The notes below the pieces were generated by a model, which ran no database searches, was not told the origin of the DNA, and saw only the letters and a program-made list of their open reading frames with translations. A stretch of 64,000 nucleotides of DNA from the human T2T-CHM13v2.0 reference genome, Homo sapiens. The stretch is from NCBI RefSeq assembly GCF_009914755.1, contig NC_060936.1; one strand, 5' to 3'. Position numbers and translations under genes: made by a program. Each line of letters begins with the position of its first letter. Position 1 is the stretch's first letter. Of the stretch, positions 1-18,066 are shown piece by piece.

Positions 1-140
1 AGTATCATGATGTCCATTTTACAGATAAGGAAACTGAGGTTCAGCATGGTGATTACCCTTTCCCAAGGTCACATAGGTAGCCAAGGGCAGAGGCAGAATG
101 GGAAGCCAGACCTTTCTGACTCCAGAACCTGTGACCTTAA
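1..140 (-). mobile_element. MIR SINE fragment
   Basis: ccattttacagataaggaaactgagg...cccaaggtcaca matches the reverse-complemented MIR core. Confidence 0.85.
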
Positions 141-1187
141 AACCCTCCTCTATACTTCCTCTGAAAAAGAAAAACATCCTAACCCAGATGAGCCCCCTCA
201 TCCCACTGATCAATATTCATGTTGCTCAGAACCAAGTAATTGGGGCTGCCAAAGGGTGCCGAGAAGTCCCCCTAATGAACTTGTTCAGCTACTCTTCTGA
301 AACAGCATACCCTGCTGGGCCCAGGGGCCTCTTCTGTCAATATTGACGTCTGTCTGAGACACTGGGAACCTGCCACGGATGGAGGAGCAGATGCTGCTAA
401 GATTTAAAAGAGAAAGGAAGAGAAGAAACACAAATCCCCTCAACGAAGCTACTACTTAGAACCGCAGGCCCAGCAAACCCCTGTACATCTGGAGACACTG
501 CAGTAGAAGCAGCTAGATCAGAGGCCAGCAGACCTACAAGGTGCTTGGCTGGGCTCCTGAACCCAGGGTCTGCTCAGCAGCGTCCTGGAGAGCTTGCTAA
601 GCTGGGCAAGTCTGCTCTGGCAAGGGGACGATGCCTCCTTGCCAGGAGTGCTCCTTGGGGAGCTGAGATTCTAGATTTCTCAGCCTGCTCCCAGGTCCTG
701 CCCAGCCCACAGCCCCCTAGAGGACTAGAGTCAAGCTCCAGGAAGGCATGTTTCTGGAGAGTGATAAAGAGGTTGGGACAACAAAACTGTCCTTTTTGAG
801 AAGGGCAATGCTATGTAAGGAGTCCTGGCTGTGGAGTCAGACAGTTCTGGATTCAAATCCATAATAATAAATTCGTAATAATCCATAATAAGGGGGTTAT
901 CCTCTCTAGCAAATGGGGATTTCTGCACTCAACAAATGTTCATATGCCTGGAGATTATGACAATATAGAGTCATAGGGATGCAAATAAAATGCCAAACAT
1001 AGAGCCTGACACATCAAATGTCCTCAAGAAGTACAGAAACTCCTGATGCATATGCAGGTGCCACCACCCCCATAGCTGCCCTGTCCATAAAGATGGTGAC
1101 ATGGCTGTGTAAAATGGGCTTCAGAGACAGAGTTTATTCTCTAGCCTACCTGCAAATGCTGTCATGCAATCTTGAGTAGTTAATCCA

Positions 1188-2064
<877 letters not shown>

Positions 2065-2199
2065 CTCCACTTTCCTAATTCTGTTTCCTCATCTGGAAAC
2101 TGATGAGAATCTTTCTTACTTCACGGGTTGTTGTGAGGACAAGCAGTTACGGCATAAATTGCAATACAGCTTGCAATGTGCTATGAAATGGGTAAGAAT

Positions 2200-2515
2200 G
2201 GGGGCTTGGGGCCCAAAGAAGCACGTGACTCAATCTTAAAGAATAGCTTCTTATAGGAGGAGAGCAGAAGGAGTGGTTGATGTCCAAAAGAGAGTATGGA
2301 AAGGGTGTTTCAGGAAGTGGGAAAAGCATATGCAAAGTCTTTGAGGCCAAATAGCGCGTGGCCTTATCAGAATGTTGAACGTAGCTCAGTATTTCCAGGG
2401 CCAAACCATGGGTCTCTTTCCTGTTACGTTAATGGTTTGGTCTTTATCTTGAAGGAAATGGAAAGCCACTGAAAAAATTTTAGGCACAGCAGTGACACGA
2501 ATCTGGGGATTTTAA
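2200..2515. mobile_element. L2 LINE fragment
   Basis: gcatatgcaaagtctttgagg and ggaaagccactgaaaaattttaggca are L2-like. Confidence 0.6.
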
Positions 2516-2521
2516 AGAATT

Positions 2522-2690
2522 TATTTTAACCTCTCTGAATCTCAGTCTCTTTATGACTAACATTGAAAAATATCTCCACCTGCTTCACTGAGTTTTTGTG
2601 AAGACCAGCTGAAGTTATGTACCTCAAAGTGCTTTGTAAGTCATTGCGTGCTTGGCAAACAAAAGGTAGGGTTATTAACCAATAAGTCAA
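2522..2690 (+). mobile_element. MIR fragment
   Basis: ttaacctctctgaatctcagt...aaagtgctttgtaa. Confidence 0.7.
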
Positions 2691-2838
2691 TATTATTATA
2701 TCAACTTCAAGGCTTTCATCCCCCGAAGTTCCTCTAACCAAAACCACGAGTCAAATAAGATATGGGGTAAGAACTTATTTGGAAAACCCTAAAACTTTTG
2801 ATGAGAGTTAGCGATTTGCTAGTTGCCTTTCCAGTATT

Positions 2839-3300
2839 TGTGTTAATTTGGGTCTTCCAAGAGGCAGATGCCCAAATGAGGTTACACATGCAAGAAGTTT
2901 ATTAGGGGAAAATGCCTGTGAGGGAAAATGGGAAGGGAGCCAGGGGGAGAGGGGAGCTGGGACATTCACCACCCAATGCAGTTCTAATCCCAAGTGAGGG
3001 GTAGACAGCGAGAAGGAAGAGTGGGTAGAGGCATCTTGGACTGCAATGCAAGGTTGTTCAGCAAGGCCAGTAGGGAGTCCTTGAGCCAAAGTCACCTGTC
3101 AGGGGAGTCGTGTCTCTCCAGAATGGGACTGCCTTAGTATTCCTGTTGCACTCAGCCACCGGCTGGAAGCAGCCCCGGGGGGACGTGTGGCCGTTGCATA
3201 AATGCAATGATGGATTTCAGAGCACAGCAGCTGAAGCCCTAGATCCATCATGCTCCCTGCAGCAGAGATCTGAGAAGTGCATGTTCACAGTTGGGACAGT
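2839..3300 (-). mobile_element. Old ERVL-class solo LTR (LTR33/LTR41-like)
   Basis: tgtgttaatttgggtcttccaagaggcagatgcc...catgcaagaagtttattagggg resembles the terminus of this LTR group. Confidence 0.65.
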
Positions 3301-3309
3301 ATCCAGTAC

Positions 3310-4010
<701 letters not shown>

Positions 4011-4511
4011 AAAAATCTGTGTATTCCAACTTTTCATTTAAAAAAAATTTAAGAGCTTTATTGAGGTATAATATGCAACAAACAGCACAGACTTAAAGTC
4101 TGCAACTTGATGTTTTGACATATGTATACACCAGTAAAACCATCTCTACAATCAAGATAAAGAACATATCCATCACCTTCTGAGTTTCCTCCTGCCTCTT
4201 TTACTCCTTCTCTCTCAACCCCTGCCTTGGGCAATCTGATTTCTGTCACTGTGGATGTTTTCATTTCTAGAATTTCATATCAATGGAATCATACAGTATA
4301 TACCTTTTTTGTCTGACTTCTCTCATTCAGCATAATTATTTTGAGATGCATCCATGTTATGTGTATCAACAGTTCATTCATTTCTATTGTTAAGTAGTAT
4401 TCCATCAGATGGATATATCAGTTTGTTTATCCATTCACCTGTTGATGGATATTTGGATTGTTTCCAGTTTGGGGCTATTACAAACAAGGCTGCTATAAGC
4501 ATTGTGTGTAA

Positions 4512-4892
<381 letters not shown>

Positions 4893-4987
4893 TAGTTTAC
4901 TTTTTTAAAGAAATGTCAAACTGGTTTCCAAAATAGTTCTACAATATTACATTTCTACCAGCAGGATGTAAGAGTGTCATTTCTCCC

Positions 4988-5471
<484 letters not shown>

Positions 5472-5780
5472 TTATCTGTTCAAATATTTTGCCCAGTTTT
5501 TAACTGGGTTATTTATTTACTTCTTATTGAGTTTTGAGAGCTCTTTACATATTCTAGATGCAGATCCTTTGTCAGATGTATGATTTGCAAATATTGTCTT
5601 CCAGCCCTTGGCTTGTCTTTTCATGTTCTTCACAATGTGTTTGAAGAGCAAAAAGTTTTAATTTTAATAAAGTTGAATTTGTCAATTTGTTCTTTTATAG
5701 ATTGTACTTTTGGTGTCAGATCTAAGAAATGTTTGCCTATACCAAGATCACAAAAGTTTTCTTCTATATTTTTTTCTAGA

Positions 5781-6010
5781 ATAGAGTTTCTCAACCTTGG
5801 TACTCTTGACACATTATTTTAGATAATTCTTTGCTGTGGGGGTCTTTATACACATTATAAAATGTTTGAGAGTGCCTCTGGCCTCTACCCACTAGACACC
5901 TATAGCATGCCCCCTCCACTTATGACAACCACAAATATCTCTAGACATTGCCACGTATTTCCTGGGTTGTGGGGTAGGGGGTGTCAAATTGCCCCCATTA
6001 AGAATTACTA
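5781..6010 (+). mobile_element. MER20 (hAT-Charlie) DNA transposon
   Basis: tttctcaacctt...ggcctctacccactaga...tctagacattgcc; 8-bp TSD ttctagaa/ttctagga. Confidence 0.88.
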
Positions 6011-7019
6011 TTCTAGGAATTTTATAGTTTTAAGTTTTGCATTTAGATCTATGATCCATTTTGAGTTAAATTTGCATTTCATACAAGTTATGGATCCAAG
6101 TGCTGTTTTGTTTTTTGGGGTGGTGTTTTTGGCATCTAGATATCTAATTCTTCCAGCACCATTTGATGAGAGGACTTCCTTTTACCACTGAATTATCTTT
6201 ACACCTTTGTCAAGACTCAATTTTTTATATATGCATTTGTGTATTTCTGGACTCTCTATTCTGTCCCATCGGTGATGAATATGTTGGTCTTTTTTTTTTT
6301 TTTTTTTTTTTTTGCCAATGCAATACTATTTGGTTACTAAACTGTAAGAGTCTTGAACTTGATTCTTCTTTATCAAAGTTGTTGTGGCCATTGTAGATAT
6401 TTTGCATTTCATATGAATTTTAGAATCAGTTTGACAATTTCTACCAAAAATAAAGCCAACTGGGATTTTGATTGGGATTGCATAGATCAATTTGGGGAGA
6501 ACAGACATCTTATCAAAATTGAGGCTTCTCACCTATTAACATGATATATTTCTTCATTTATTTAAGTCTTTTTTAATTTTTTCTTTAAATGTTTTGTAGC
6601 TTTCAATGTATAGTTCTTTCACCTTTTTTGGTCAGATTTATCCCTAAGTATTGAATTTGTTGTAAAGGGTATTTTAAATTTCAATTTCCAATTGTTTGTT
6701 GCTAGTGTATAGAAATAAAATTGATTTTTGTATATTGATCTTGTGTCCTGCAAATTTGCTAAACTCATTAATTAGATATGGTAGTTTTATGTAGATTACA
6801 TAGGATTTTCTACATAAATAATCATGCTGTCTTCAAATAAAGATAGTTTTACTTTCCAATCTGGATGCCTTTTGTTTCTTTGTCTTGCCTTATTTCACCA
6901 GTGAGGACCTCCAGCATATTGTTAAATAGAAGACGTGGTAGTATATCCTTGTCTTATTCTGATCTTAGGAGATAGTATCCAGTTTTAGCCATTAAGTATA
7001 TTGTTAACTGTGGGAATCC

Positions 7020-7620
7020 CCTTTAAGATTTGTTTAGTGTTTAGTTAATTATTCCCCACCAATGAGTAAGACCCGTCTGTAGTCTATTCAATGCCCTGAG
7101 ATCCATGAGGTTTTCCAGTCTGGCAAATGGGAACAGACACTGTTCTTGGTCCTGTGTAAATGCCAACACTGTTATTTCTAATCCTTTCTGATAATTCTTT
7201 CCCCAAACTTGGGTCATTTCCTCAAATGTGCAGGCTGATCCCTCCTGTCTTGAAAATCCAAGGATACTCTCTGGCCAATCTTTGGCTTTCTCCCTCTATG
7301 CAACTCTCTTCTCTCCACTATTCCAATCTGGTTCCTCCAGACACCTTGGCCTCCCCAAACTTTCACTTCTGTCTCCTTAATTTAGGGAGTCTCCTCGAAT
7401 CCTCCTAGGCTGCAGCGTGGAAAGTCTCTCAAAGCAGTATGCTGGAGCAAACCCAGGGCTCACTTTGTTTCCTGTCTTTCAAGGTTAACTGTCCTCTGTT
7501 TCCTAAGATCCAAAGTTTAAAAACCATTGCATCATACATTGTATCTATTTTTTGGTTGTTTTAAGCAGGAGGAAAAAAAATCTCATTCCTGCTACTCCCT
7601 TCTCATGAGAAGCAGAAGTT
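7020..7620 (-). mobile_element. Old L1 5'-region fragment
   Basis: Resembles the 5' UTR of ancient L1M families; adjoins the L1 above. Confidence 0.5.
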
Positions 7621-7859
7621 TGTTCAATTGTTGAACTAACACATTCCCAGTTTGTGTTGGGATTCCCATTGTTGCTAGCAAAAACATTCCAATTATTATA
7701 GTCACATGACCTGTCTGGCCTGGGAAAGACTGAGCCAGAGTCTTATCCTGCTCTAGATAAAATGCCAGAGAATGGCCAGAAGTGATGGTAATTCTTTTTA
7801 ATTATTCCAAAATAAGGGGTTTGGACAGAAAGTATTTGGGTGGTATTGAGAGGTGGTAA

Positions 7860-8120
7860 AGCCCACAGAATCTGGAATTACAAAAGGCTTGGGTTTGAAT
7901 TCTAACCCAGTGACCTCCTAGTCATGTGTGACCTGGGAAAAAGTTACTTAAATTCCCTGATCTTCAGTTTCGTTATCTATGAGATGGGAATTAATTATAA
8001 CCGTACCTTACTGACAACGAGATTGTTTGAGGAGTCACTAGAATGATACCTGTGAAGCTCAGTGCCTGGCAGGTAGTAAATTATATACTATTGTATGAAA
8101 AATGATAGCTGTTATTATCA
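7860..8120 (+). mobile_element. MIR
   Basis: gggtttgaattc...tgtgacctggg...cagtttcgttatctat...cagtgcctggca. Confidence 0.85.
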
Positions 8121-8802
8121 GTAACATGCTATGCTATACAGATCCAACCCTTTTGACAATGATCTAACTTTGATTTTGCCTTGTCTGCATCTATAACCCT
8201 AATAAAGCTTAGATTCATTATCTATTTCAGTTGGATAGGCCTAATACCCTGTCCCCCAAAATTGTGTGAGCTGTGATGTCAGCGCCAAAATCAGTAAGAA
8301 TCAACAGTGGCTTAATTTAGTTGATCAAAGCTGAGAACAAAGACTTGGGATCTGGTTTCCATGCAGATATTTGGGCCCTGCATTATTTAAATTATTTGAT
8401 TGGACTGTTGTGCTGAAGATGTCTATCACTGGGACCGTCCAACCACACAGCATCCTAAAGGGAAATGCCCCACCTCCATGCCCTGGTTAAGATATGAGCC
8501 CAGTAACCCTTGACTCTGGCCCACTGCTGATTGGACCACACCTGATTAGATATGAGCCACCAGATCAGGTCTGATCCAGTCAATGACATAGGCCTTGGCC
8601 TGGTAAAGAAGAGAGGAGTCTCTCTCTTCTGGAAATTTGGACTATGTATAGTATATCCAGAGAACTAAATATACCCGGAGACCAAAATAGTCATACTTTG
8701 GCACTGAAGTAGCAAAGTCATGAGGTTGACTTCTGGCTGGAGAGGCTCTGATAGACCAGAAGCAGGCAGAGGTTTAGAGGCAGCAGAACCATGGGTAAGC
8801 AA

Positions 8803-9213
8803 TGAAAGGGTTTGGATGTTTGTGCCCCCAAATCTCAGATTGAAAGGTAATCCCCAATGTTGGAGGTGTGGCCTGGTGCGGGGTGAGTGGATCATGGGGG
8901 TGGACTTTTAACACCATCCGCTTGGTGCCTTCTTTGCAATAGTGAGTGAGTTCTTGTGAGATCCGGTTGTTTAAAAGTGTGTGGCACCTCCCCTTGTTCT
9001 CTTGCTCCTGCTCTCACCACGTGATACATCAGCTCCCCCTTCACCTTCTGCCATGATTGTAAGCTTCCTGAGGTCATCCAAAAGCTGAGCAGATGCCAAC
9101 CATGCTTCCTGTATGTACAGCCTGCAGAACTGTGAGCCAATTAAACCTCTTTTCTTTATAAGTTACTCAGATTCAGGCATTCCTTTATAGCAACACAAGA
9201 ATGGCCTAACACA
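8803..9213 (+). mobile_element. MST (MSTB-like) MaLR solo LTR
   Basis: ggtttggatgtttgtgcccccaaatctc ... aattaaacctcttttctttata ... ggcctaacaca. Confidence 0.9.
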
Positions 9214-9584
9214 CCCAGTAAGTAGAGAGAGTAGAATGAACCCACAGAGGAAATAAGCCAGGCTAGAGCCCAGCTAGTCCCCAAGCCTGCTTAATTCCCA
9301 ACAGTTTCCATTTCATTTCTGGCTCCTGTTCACAGCTATCTCTTTTCAAAACAGCTTTTTCTGTTTTGAAAATAACAAGTAACACATTATCACTGGGAAA
9401 AAAAAATCAGAAGAACCCCAGAGAAGAATCTAAATGTAACACAAATTCTCATCTTCCCAGAATAGTGCATTTCCTTCCCGTCTTTTTTCCACACAATTGC
9501 AGACATTTTTTTTTCCAGAAAATTTAGATCATACTATTTATTAGACATTTTATTTGTTTACTGTAACTTAACAATGTATCATTT

Positions 9585-9852
9585 CCCACCACTTTAGGAG
9601 GCCAAGGTGGTAGGATCACTTGAAGTTGGGAGTTCAAGACCAGCCTGACCAACATGGTGAAACCTCGCCTCCACTGAAAATACAAAAATTAGCTGGGCAT
9701 GGTGGCAGGCACCTGTAATCCTAGCTACTCGCTAAGACTGAGGCAGGAGAATCGCTTGAACCCAGGAGACGGAAGTTGCAGTGAGCCGAGATCATGCCAC
9801 TGCACTCCAGCCTGGGCAACAGGGCGAGACTCCACCTCAAAAAAAAAAAAAA
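9585..9852 (+). mobile_element. Alu, slightly 5'-truncated
   Basis: Alu body from cccaccactttaggagg to poly(A). Confidence 0.96.
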
Positions 9853-9859
9853 TGTGTAA

Positions 9860-10210
9860 TTAACTGTTCCCCATGTCAATAAATATTCTCTTCTAATATT
9901 CTTTTAAATGATTTTCTAGTATGCCATCCTAACGATATGTCATCACGAATTTATATAATTCCTTGTCATTGAACAATTAGGTTTTTCAAAGATTTTTTCT
10001 TTGCTTTTGTAAATAATGTTGCAATGAACACAGCTGCAGCTAAATCTTTGCACACATAAGTGATTATCCCCTTATCATAAATTATTAGAAGGCCAATTGT
10101 TGGGTCAATGGGCATGCACATCTCTTAAATCTCTTATACATATTGTTCAATTACGCTCCAGGAAAGCTGTAAAAAATTTATATTCCTACCAGTAGCATAT
10201 GAATGCATCT
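9860..10210 (-). mobile_element. Old L1 (L1ME-like) fragment
   Basis: aataatgttgcaatgaaca...ttgttgggtcaatgggcatgcaca is L1 3'-end-like. Confidence 0.65.
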
Positions 10211-10314
10211 GACCCAAGGAGTTTTTTTACTGATTCTGCCAGACGTTGGAGACCACATTTCTACTGTCTGCTATATGTCTGGTATACAGTAGGCACTCAA
10301 TACCCGTTTGTTGA

Positions 10315-10777
<463 letters not shown>

Positions 10778-10939
10778 GGGGAAATCATTTCTAATTTCAC
10801 CAGGGAATGCAGAACCCCTGGGCAGCAGATCCAAGCCAGAGATCCTCCCCTCTTTCAAACTGTGACCTCCCAAGAGTGGAGTCTGTTCTTTTCTCTCACT
10901 AAAACCAGTTACTGAGTAGAGAAAGACAGAAGAAAATGA

Positions 10940-11470
10940 GACAGATGGAGAGCTCATTAAAACAATCAATTATTTCAGTGCATTTGGACATGACAAAAGT
11001 ACACCAGGGTGTGTGGATTTTTAATAAGGCCGGTGCCGAGAGAGCAGCCGCGGGACCGACGGGCAGAGAATGAGACATTGCTTTCTAGAAGGCACCTACT
11101 GTGATAATGTTACCTGCCATTTATGCTGCGGCAGAAAATAGACACAAAATCAGAGAACGTTAAATCTGAGATAATGGGTTTTTTAATTGTTTTCAAATTT
11201 TGGATGAGCATTTTAATTGAAGTGGTTTGGAGGTTAATATAACTTTTGTATTTGATTATCTGGCAAGAAGAGGGGGGAATAAAAGAAAAGTGGGGGAAAT
11301 TGAGGTAGTCTTTTAAAAAAGCCTCTCGTAACACATAGCATGATAAATTCCATTTCTGTACAATCGTTTTCATTATATGTGTCAGAGGCAAAATGATTTC
11401 TGTACATAATTAGTGCCAAGATGAGAGAAATGCTGACACCCTGAGGTTCTAAGTTAACCCGCTGCAGGCT
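10940..11470. promoter_or_regulatory. Candidate conserved non-coding element / enhancer
   Basis: No recognisable repeat; 6 CpGs in 11031-11061; AACAAT, TAATTAG, TTTATG and GATAA motifs. Conservation not testable here. Confidence 0.45.
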
Positions 11471-11529
11471 GAGAGGGAGAGAAATTTTTTACTCTTTCAA
11501 TAAACTTTTATTAAGAGTTAGAAGGGATC

Positions 11530-11730
11530 TCATATTTTGGAGTTGCCCACACAATGCCAGGCACTTTTTATAATTCTTTTTCAATCTCTCAACAACTCTA
11601 TGAGAATTTTCTTCTTATTCTTGTTTCAAAGATGAGATGACTACGGCTCAGAAAGTGTAAGTGACTTGCTCAAGGTCACACAGCTAGTTAGAAAAGGCTG
11701 AAGTTTTGACCCAAACCTAATTGATTCTGA
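11530..11730 (-). mobile_element. MIR
   Basis: gtaagtgacttgctcaaggtcacacagctagt. Confidence 0.85.
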
Positions 11731-11734
11731 GGTC

Positions 11735-12330
11735 AGTGTAGCAGAATGAAATCATACATACCTGGGTTCAAATCCCCACTCTTATAATTTAGGAGCTCTG
11801 TGAGGCTGGGTGCAGTGGCTCATGCCTGTAATCCTAGCACTTTCGGAGGCTGAGGACTAAGGAACGCTGGAGCCCAGGAGTTCAAGACCAGCCTGAGAAA
11901 TGTAGGAAGACCCCGTCACTACAAAAAAAAAATTTTTTTAATTAGCCAGGCATAGTGGTGCATGCCTGTAGTCCCAGCTACTTGGGAGGCCAAGGAGGGA
12001 AGACTACATGAGCCCAGGAGATCTAGGCTCTGTTAGCCAAGATCGCGCCACTGCACTCCAGCCTGGGCAACAGAGCAAGATCCTGTCTTAAAGAAGAAAA
12101 AATGAGCTCTGTGATTTTGGGCTTATTATTCAATGTCTTTGAGCCTCAATTTTATCTTCTGTAAAATGGTAATAAAAATCTTAAAAGAATAGATAGATAA
12201 TAATAGCACAGTTGTCTATTGATAGTTGTTTTTTTTTCTTTTGAGAATTTACTAAGGTAATTATGAAACACTTATTGTGGTTCCTCGGATAGGGCAAGTA
12301 CTCAATAAACATTAGCTGTTAGTATTAACA
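11735..12330 (+). mobile_element. MIR interrupted by an Alu
   Basis: cctgggttcaaatccc before the Alu and gagcctcaattttatcttctgtaaaatgg after it. Confidence 0.8.
11804..12102 (+). mobile_element. Alu (AluJ-type)
   Basis: Dimeric Alu; TSD gagctctgtga. Confidence 0.96.
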
Positions 12331-13619
12331 GCAATCTGCCCCCTGTATAAAGCTTCTTACTATTTCCAATGTCCTATGGGGAAAAGTTTCCGAGGCATGA
12401 TCCTCACCTTCAATAGAGCTTACAGTCTACTGAGATAACAGACCAAGATCTCCAAATTTCCAGGCAATCTAATAAGTGGACAAAAGGCTGGTGACCAAAT
12501 ATTCCTCCCCAGTTTCCCAGGATTTCAAATATTATTTTACCCTCTCATCTAACATACCCACCAACACCTTCCTCTCCCTACCCGTACCATGGATCTTAAT
12601 TCCTTATTTTGGAAAACGTGATCTATCTAATCACCCAGAAAACTATCTACAGTGTTAGACTTCATCATCCATAGGCATTGAGGGTGAAGAGCAGGTTTTG
12701 CCCTTGTTGGAAGCCATGGAAAAATGAAATTGCAAGTCTTTGGCAAACATGAAAGGTTTTGCCTTTCTACAATTGGAGAAACTTTGGCAAGCTGAAGGAA
12801 GCAGGTGATTTGAGGAACTCTGTTAACTCTTTGGGGACCAACGGCCATTTCTTATCCAGATACTTACAAGTTTCTTTTCTCTCCCAAAACTGACACTGCA
12901 GGCAAAAAGGACACAGGGCAGAATTTTCCCATTTGTTTCTGTCTGTATTCAAGCTCCATTGCCCGCCCAGCAATGGTAGCGATCATCTGTCAAGTGTTTA
13001 CCCTGTGTCAAACCCTGGCCGCATCTGTCCAGTGCTAAAGGGACCTGAGGTTCTAGGGGTCACCCAGGTTGTCACTGGTGAACATGAGATTTGAACCCAC
13101 TTTGCCTGACCTTGCAACAGTGCCTTCCTGCTATCATTCTACCATTCACACCAATGAGGCGAGGATTAAGTCCCATTTCTGGTCCTGTTCCTTCCTCTTA
13201 AGGAGTAGTCTAGAATTCTCTCCAAATAGCCAAAGTGAAATAGGACTTACCTGCTTATGCTTACTTGAGCTTCTTGGCCTGATATCTATTAGTCACTCAA
13301 TAAATGTTTGTTGAATGACTGCTTGATTGGCTACTACAGATACAGCCACTGTAGATCCAAGATTTTAAATACAAATATTCCAATTTTGAAATTTTTGTTT
13401 CACTATCAAATCATTTTGTATTTTAAAAAAGGTGGAAAGGGCCTGGGGTCTTCACATTGTAGAAGAAAAGAGACTACTAGGGGATTTTAATGCAAAAGAG
13501 ATGGCCTTGGACAAATCACTTAACCTTTCGGAGTTTCCATTGATTCACCAGGAAAATTGGGGTGATAACACCAACCTAAGCTGGTTCCCTTCACACCCTC
13601 ACACCTGCTTCCTTCAGCG

Positions 13620-13683
13620 TCACACACACATACACTCACACACGCTCGTGCACACACACTCTCACATACGCACGCACACACTC
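13620..13683. repeat. Imperfect (CA)n microsatellite
   Basis: cacacacacatacactcacacac...gcacgcacacac. Confidence 0.85.
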
Positions 13684-14239
13684 AGGGCTGTCTCTGGACA
13701 TTTTTCGTTTTACAGCCTGGGAAGCAGGATAAGGTTTAATATGGAGGAGGAAGAAGATGGCCAGGGGTCTGGTTCCCCAAGGAAACTGAGGTTGGAGTGA
13801 GCTCCTATGGCAAGAGGGAGTGAGGATCAGAAGCTGATGGAAATGCTCATGAAAGTCTTTGAGCTGTGTGGGGCACAAGCAGGATAGACTTGGGGCCCAG
13901 GTGCAAAGTATGGTCCACAGAAGGAGTAGACTTTCTTCTCACCATGCATGGGCATAGTGCCATCCTGGCAGCCCCAAGACCAGAAGCTTTGAAGCACCAG
14001 GAGGTAGCTTCCTGGCATGGACATTGCTGTTATCACAGTGAGCTCAGTGGTGACAGTGTCATCACTCCAAGTGACTTCACTGGTTGAAGACATGGATCCA
14101 GAAGAGGAGAACAGGACAGCCGGATGCTGTGAGTGAATGCACCTGCCCTTCAGGCTTCTGGGCATGGGTGAGAGCTGGAGGGAACATGGATGGGGCAGGA
14201 TGGGAGCTTTCCTTCCTGCATAATCAGGTTGGGACTCAG

Positions 14240-15583
<1,344 letters not shown>

Positions 15584-15589
15584 CGACCC

Positions 15590-15894
15590 TTTTTTATTTT
15601 GTACTCATTTATTTTTTTTTTGAGACAAAGTCTCACTCTGTTGCCCAGGCTGGAGTGCAATGCTGCAATCAGGGCCTCAACCTCTTAGCCTCAAGTGATA
15701 CTCCCACTTTATCTTCCCAAGTAGCTGGGCCCACAGGCATGCGCCACCACACCTGGCTAATTTTTGTATTTTTTTGTAGAGATGAGGTTTTGCCATGCTG
15801 GCCAGGGTGGTCTTAAACTCCTGGGCCCACATGACTGGCCCACCTCAGCCTCCCAAAGTGCTGGGATTACAGGCGTGAGCCACCGAAGCCCGCC
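15590..15894 (-). mobile_element. Alu (AluJ-type), tandem with the previous Alu
   Basis: Dimeric Alu; flanked by cgacc(c)ttt. Confidence 0.95.
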
Positions 15895-16029
15895 ACGACC
15901 TTTTTTTTCTTAAAGCATCCACAGGTTGATGAGGCTTGACATGCATGTGTCATGCTGCCTCAGAGGGTCACAATGAGCACTAAATGGGCTTTGGTGTATA
16001 AAGTATCTGGCACATAGTAGGCACTTTTC

Positions 16030-16773
<744 letters not shown>

Positions 16774-17319
16774 TTATTCCCAACCCCACTGACTCCCCAC
16801 TTTGGCTTTCCCTGGGTCTCCTATCCTCATTCATCAGCTCCTACCGGCTCCTTGATTCTCCTCCCTTCCTGCTGCTCAGGGAAACAATCTAACCCAGCAG
16901 TCCCCTGGGACCCCAGCCTGCATCTCCACTGGGTCTCCCTGACTCCCTGGAAGAGCAAATCATCATGAATCACTTCCTCTCCGGACCAAAGACCAAAAGC
17001 ATCCTTGACAACATGTGCTGGTTCTGGCTCCCGACAGACCTTTTCAGATGGGACAAGCTTCAAATCAATTCCTATTTCTTCCAGGTGAGAGAGACGGCTG
17101 TTTGGTGACCCAGGAGGCCCCCATGAGTCTCCTCCAAGAAATCACTTTGATTTCTACTTTTCTGCTTAGATGAGTTGCCAGCTTCTCTGCAAACTCGGAT
17201 CTTTCTCCAAATAATTCGCAGAAATGACTCTCCCCAAAGGCAAAGACAGGCCCATCCCCTTGTGCTGGCATCCTGCAGCAGAGCAGCATTCAGTAATTAA
17301 AGTAAAAATAATAAAGGAA

Positions 17320-17545
17320 TAACGCCAATAATAATAGCTAACCCTTATAAGCACATACTAGGTGCCAGACTCCAGACATATAGTAGCTTATTTGGCTCGC
17401 ACCACAACCTTTTGCAGTACATAATATTCCCCACTTTGTCGATGAAGAAAATGAGACACAGAAAATTGGAGTAACTTGCCTGAGGTCACCCAGCTAGTGA
17501 GTGAAAGAAGCTAAGATTTCAACTCAGGCAGTCTGGCTTCAATTA
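17320..17545 (-). mobile_element. MIR
   Basis: gtaacttgcctgaggtcacccagctagt...aactcaggcagtctggct. Confidence 0.85.
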
Positions 17546-17559
17546 TCTCGAGCTGATAC

Positions 17560-17750
17560 TATGGCTAGGCACTGTGCTGGGTGCTGGGAATATAGGAAGG
17601 GACAACAGAAGACATAGCCCCTGCCCTCAAAGACCTTATGGTCTATGGTAGATCAGGGAGAGAGGCATTCATTAAATGCACAAATAAATCTATAGCTACA
17701 GGTTGTGATGATGCCAGGAAGGGAAGAGGGTATGAGATTATCTTCGGGCT
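17560..17750. mobile_element. L2 fragment
   Basis: ggcactgtgctgggtgctggg...ccctgccctcaaagaccttatggtcta. Confidence 0.75.
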
Positions 17751-18066
17751 TCCTCTTAGAATAAGAGGAATTTATTTGGAATTTATCTTCAGGAGAACCC
17801 AGTGGTAGCTTTTAGACCCTAGAAGCCTGGGCTTAGATAAGCCCAATGGCTACTGTTTCTTGAATATCCACCAGGTACTAAATGGCATGATTTATGCCCA
17901 AACTTCTTTCCATCATTACAAAACAGTAATCATTCTTTGTCCCTTCTCACAGATGAAAAACTGAGACTCAGAAAGATTGGGGGACTTACTCGAGGTCTTC
18001 TGCCTGAGACACAGAGAGCCAGGACTGAATCCAGTTAAGTCCAATTCTTTCTACCATATTCAAGAT

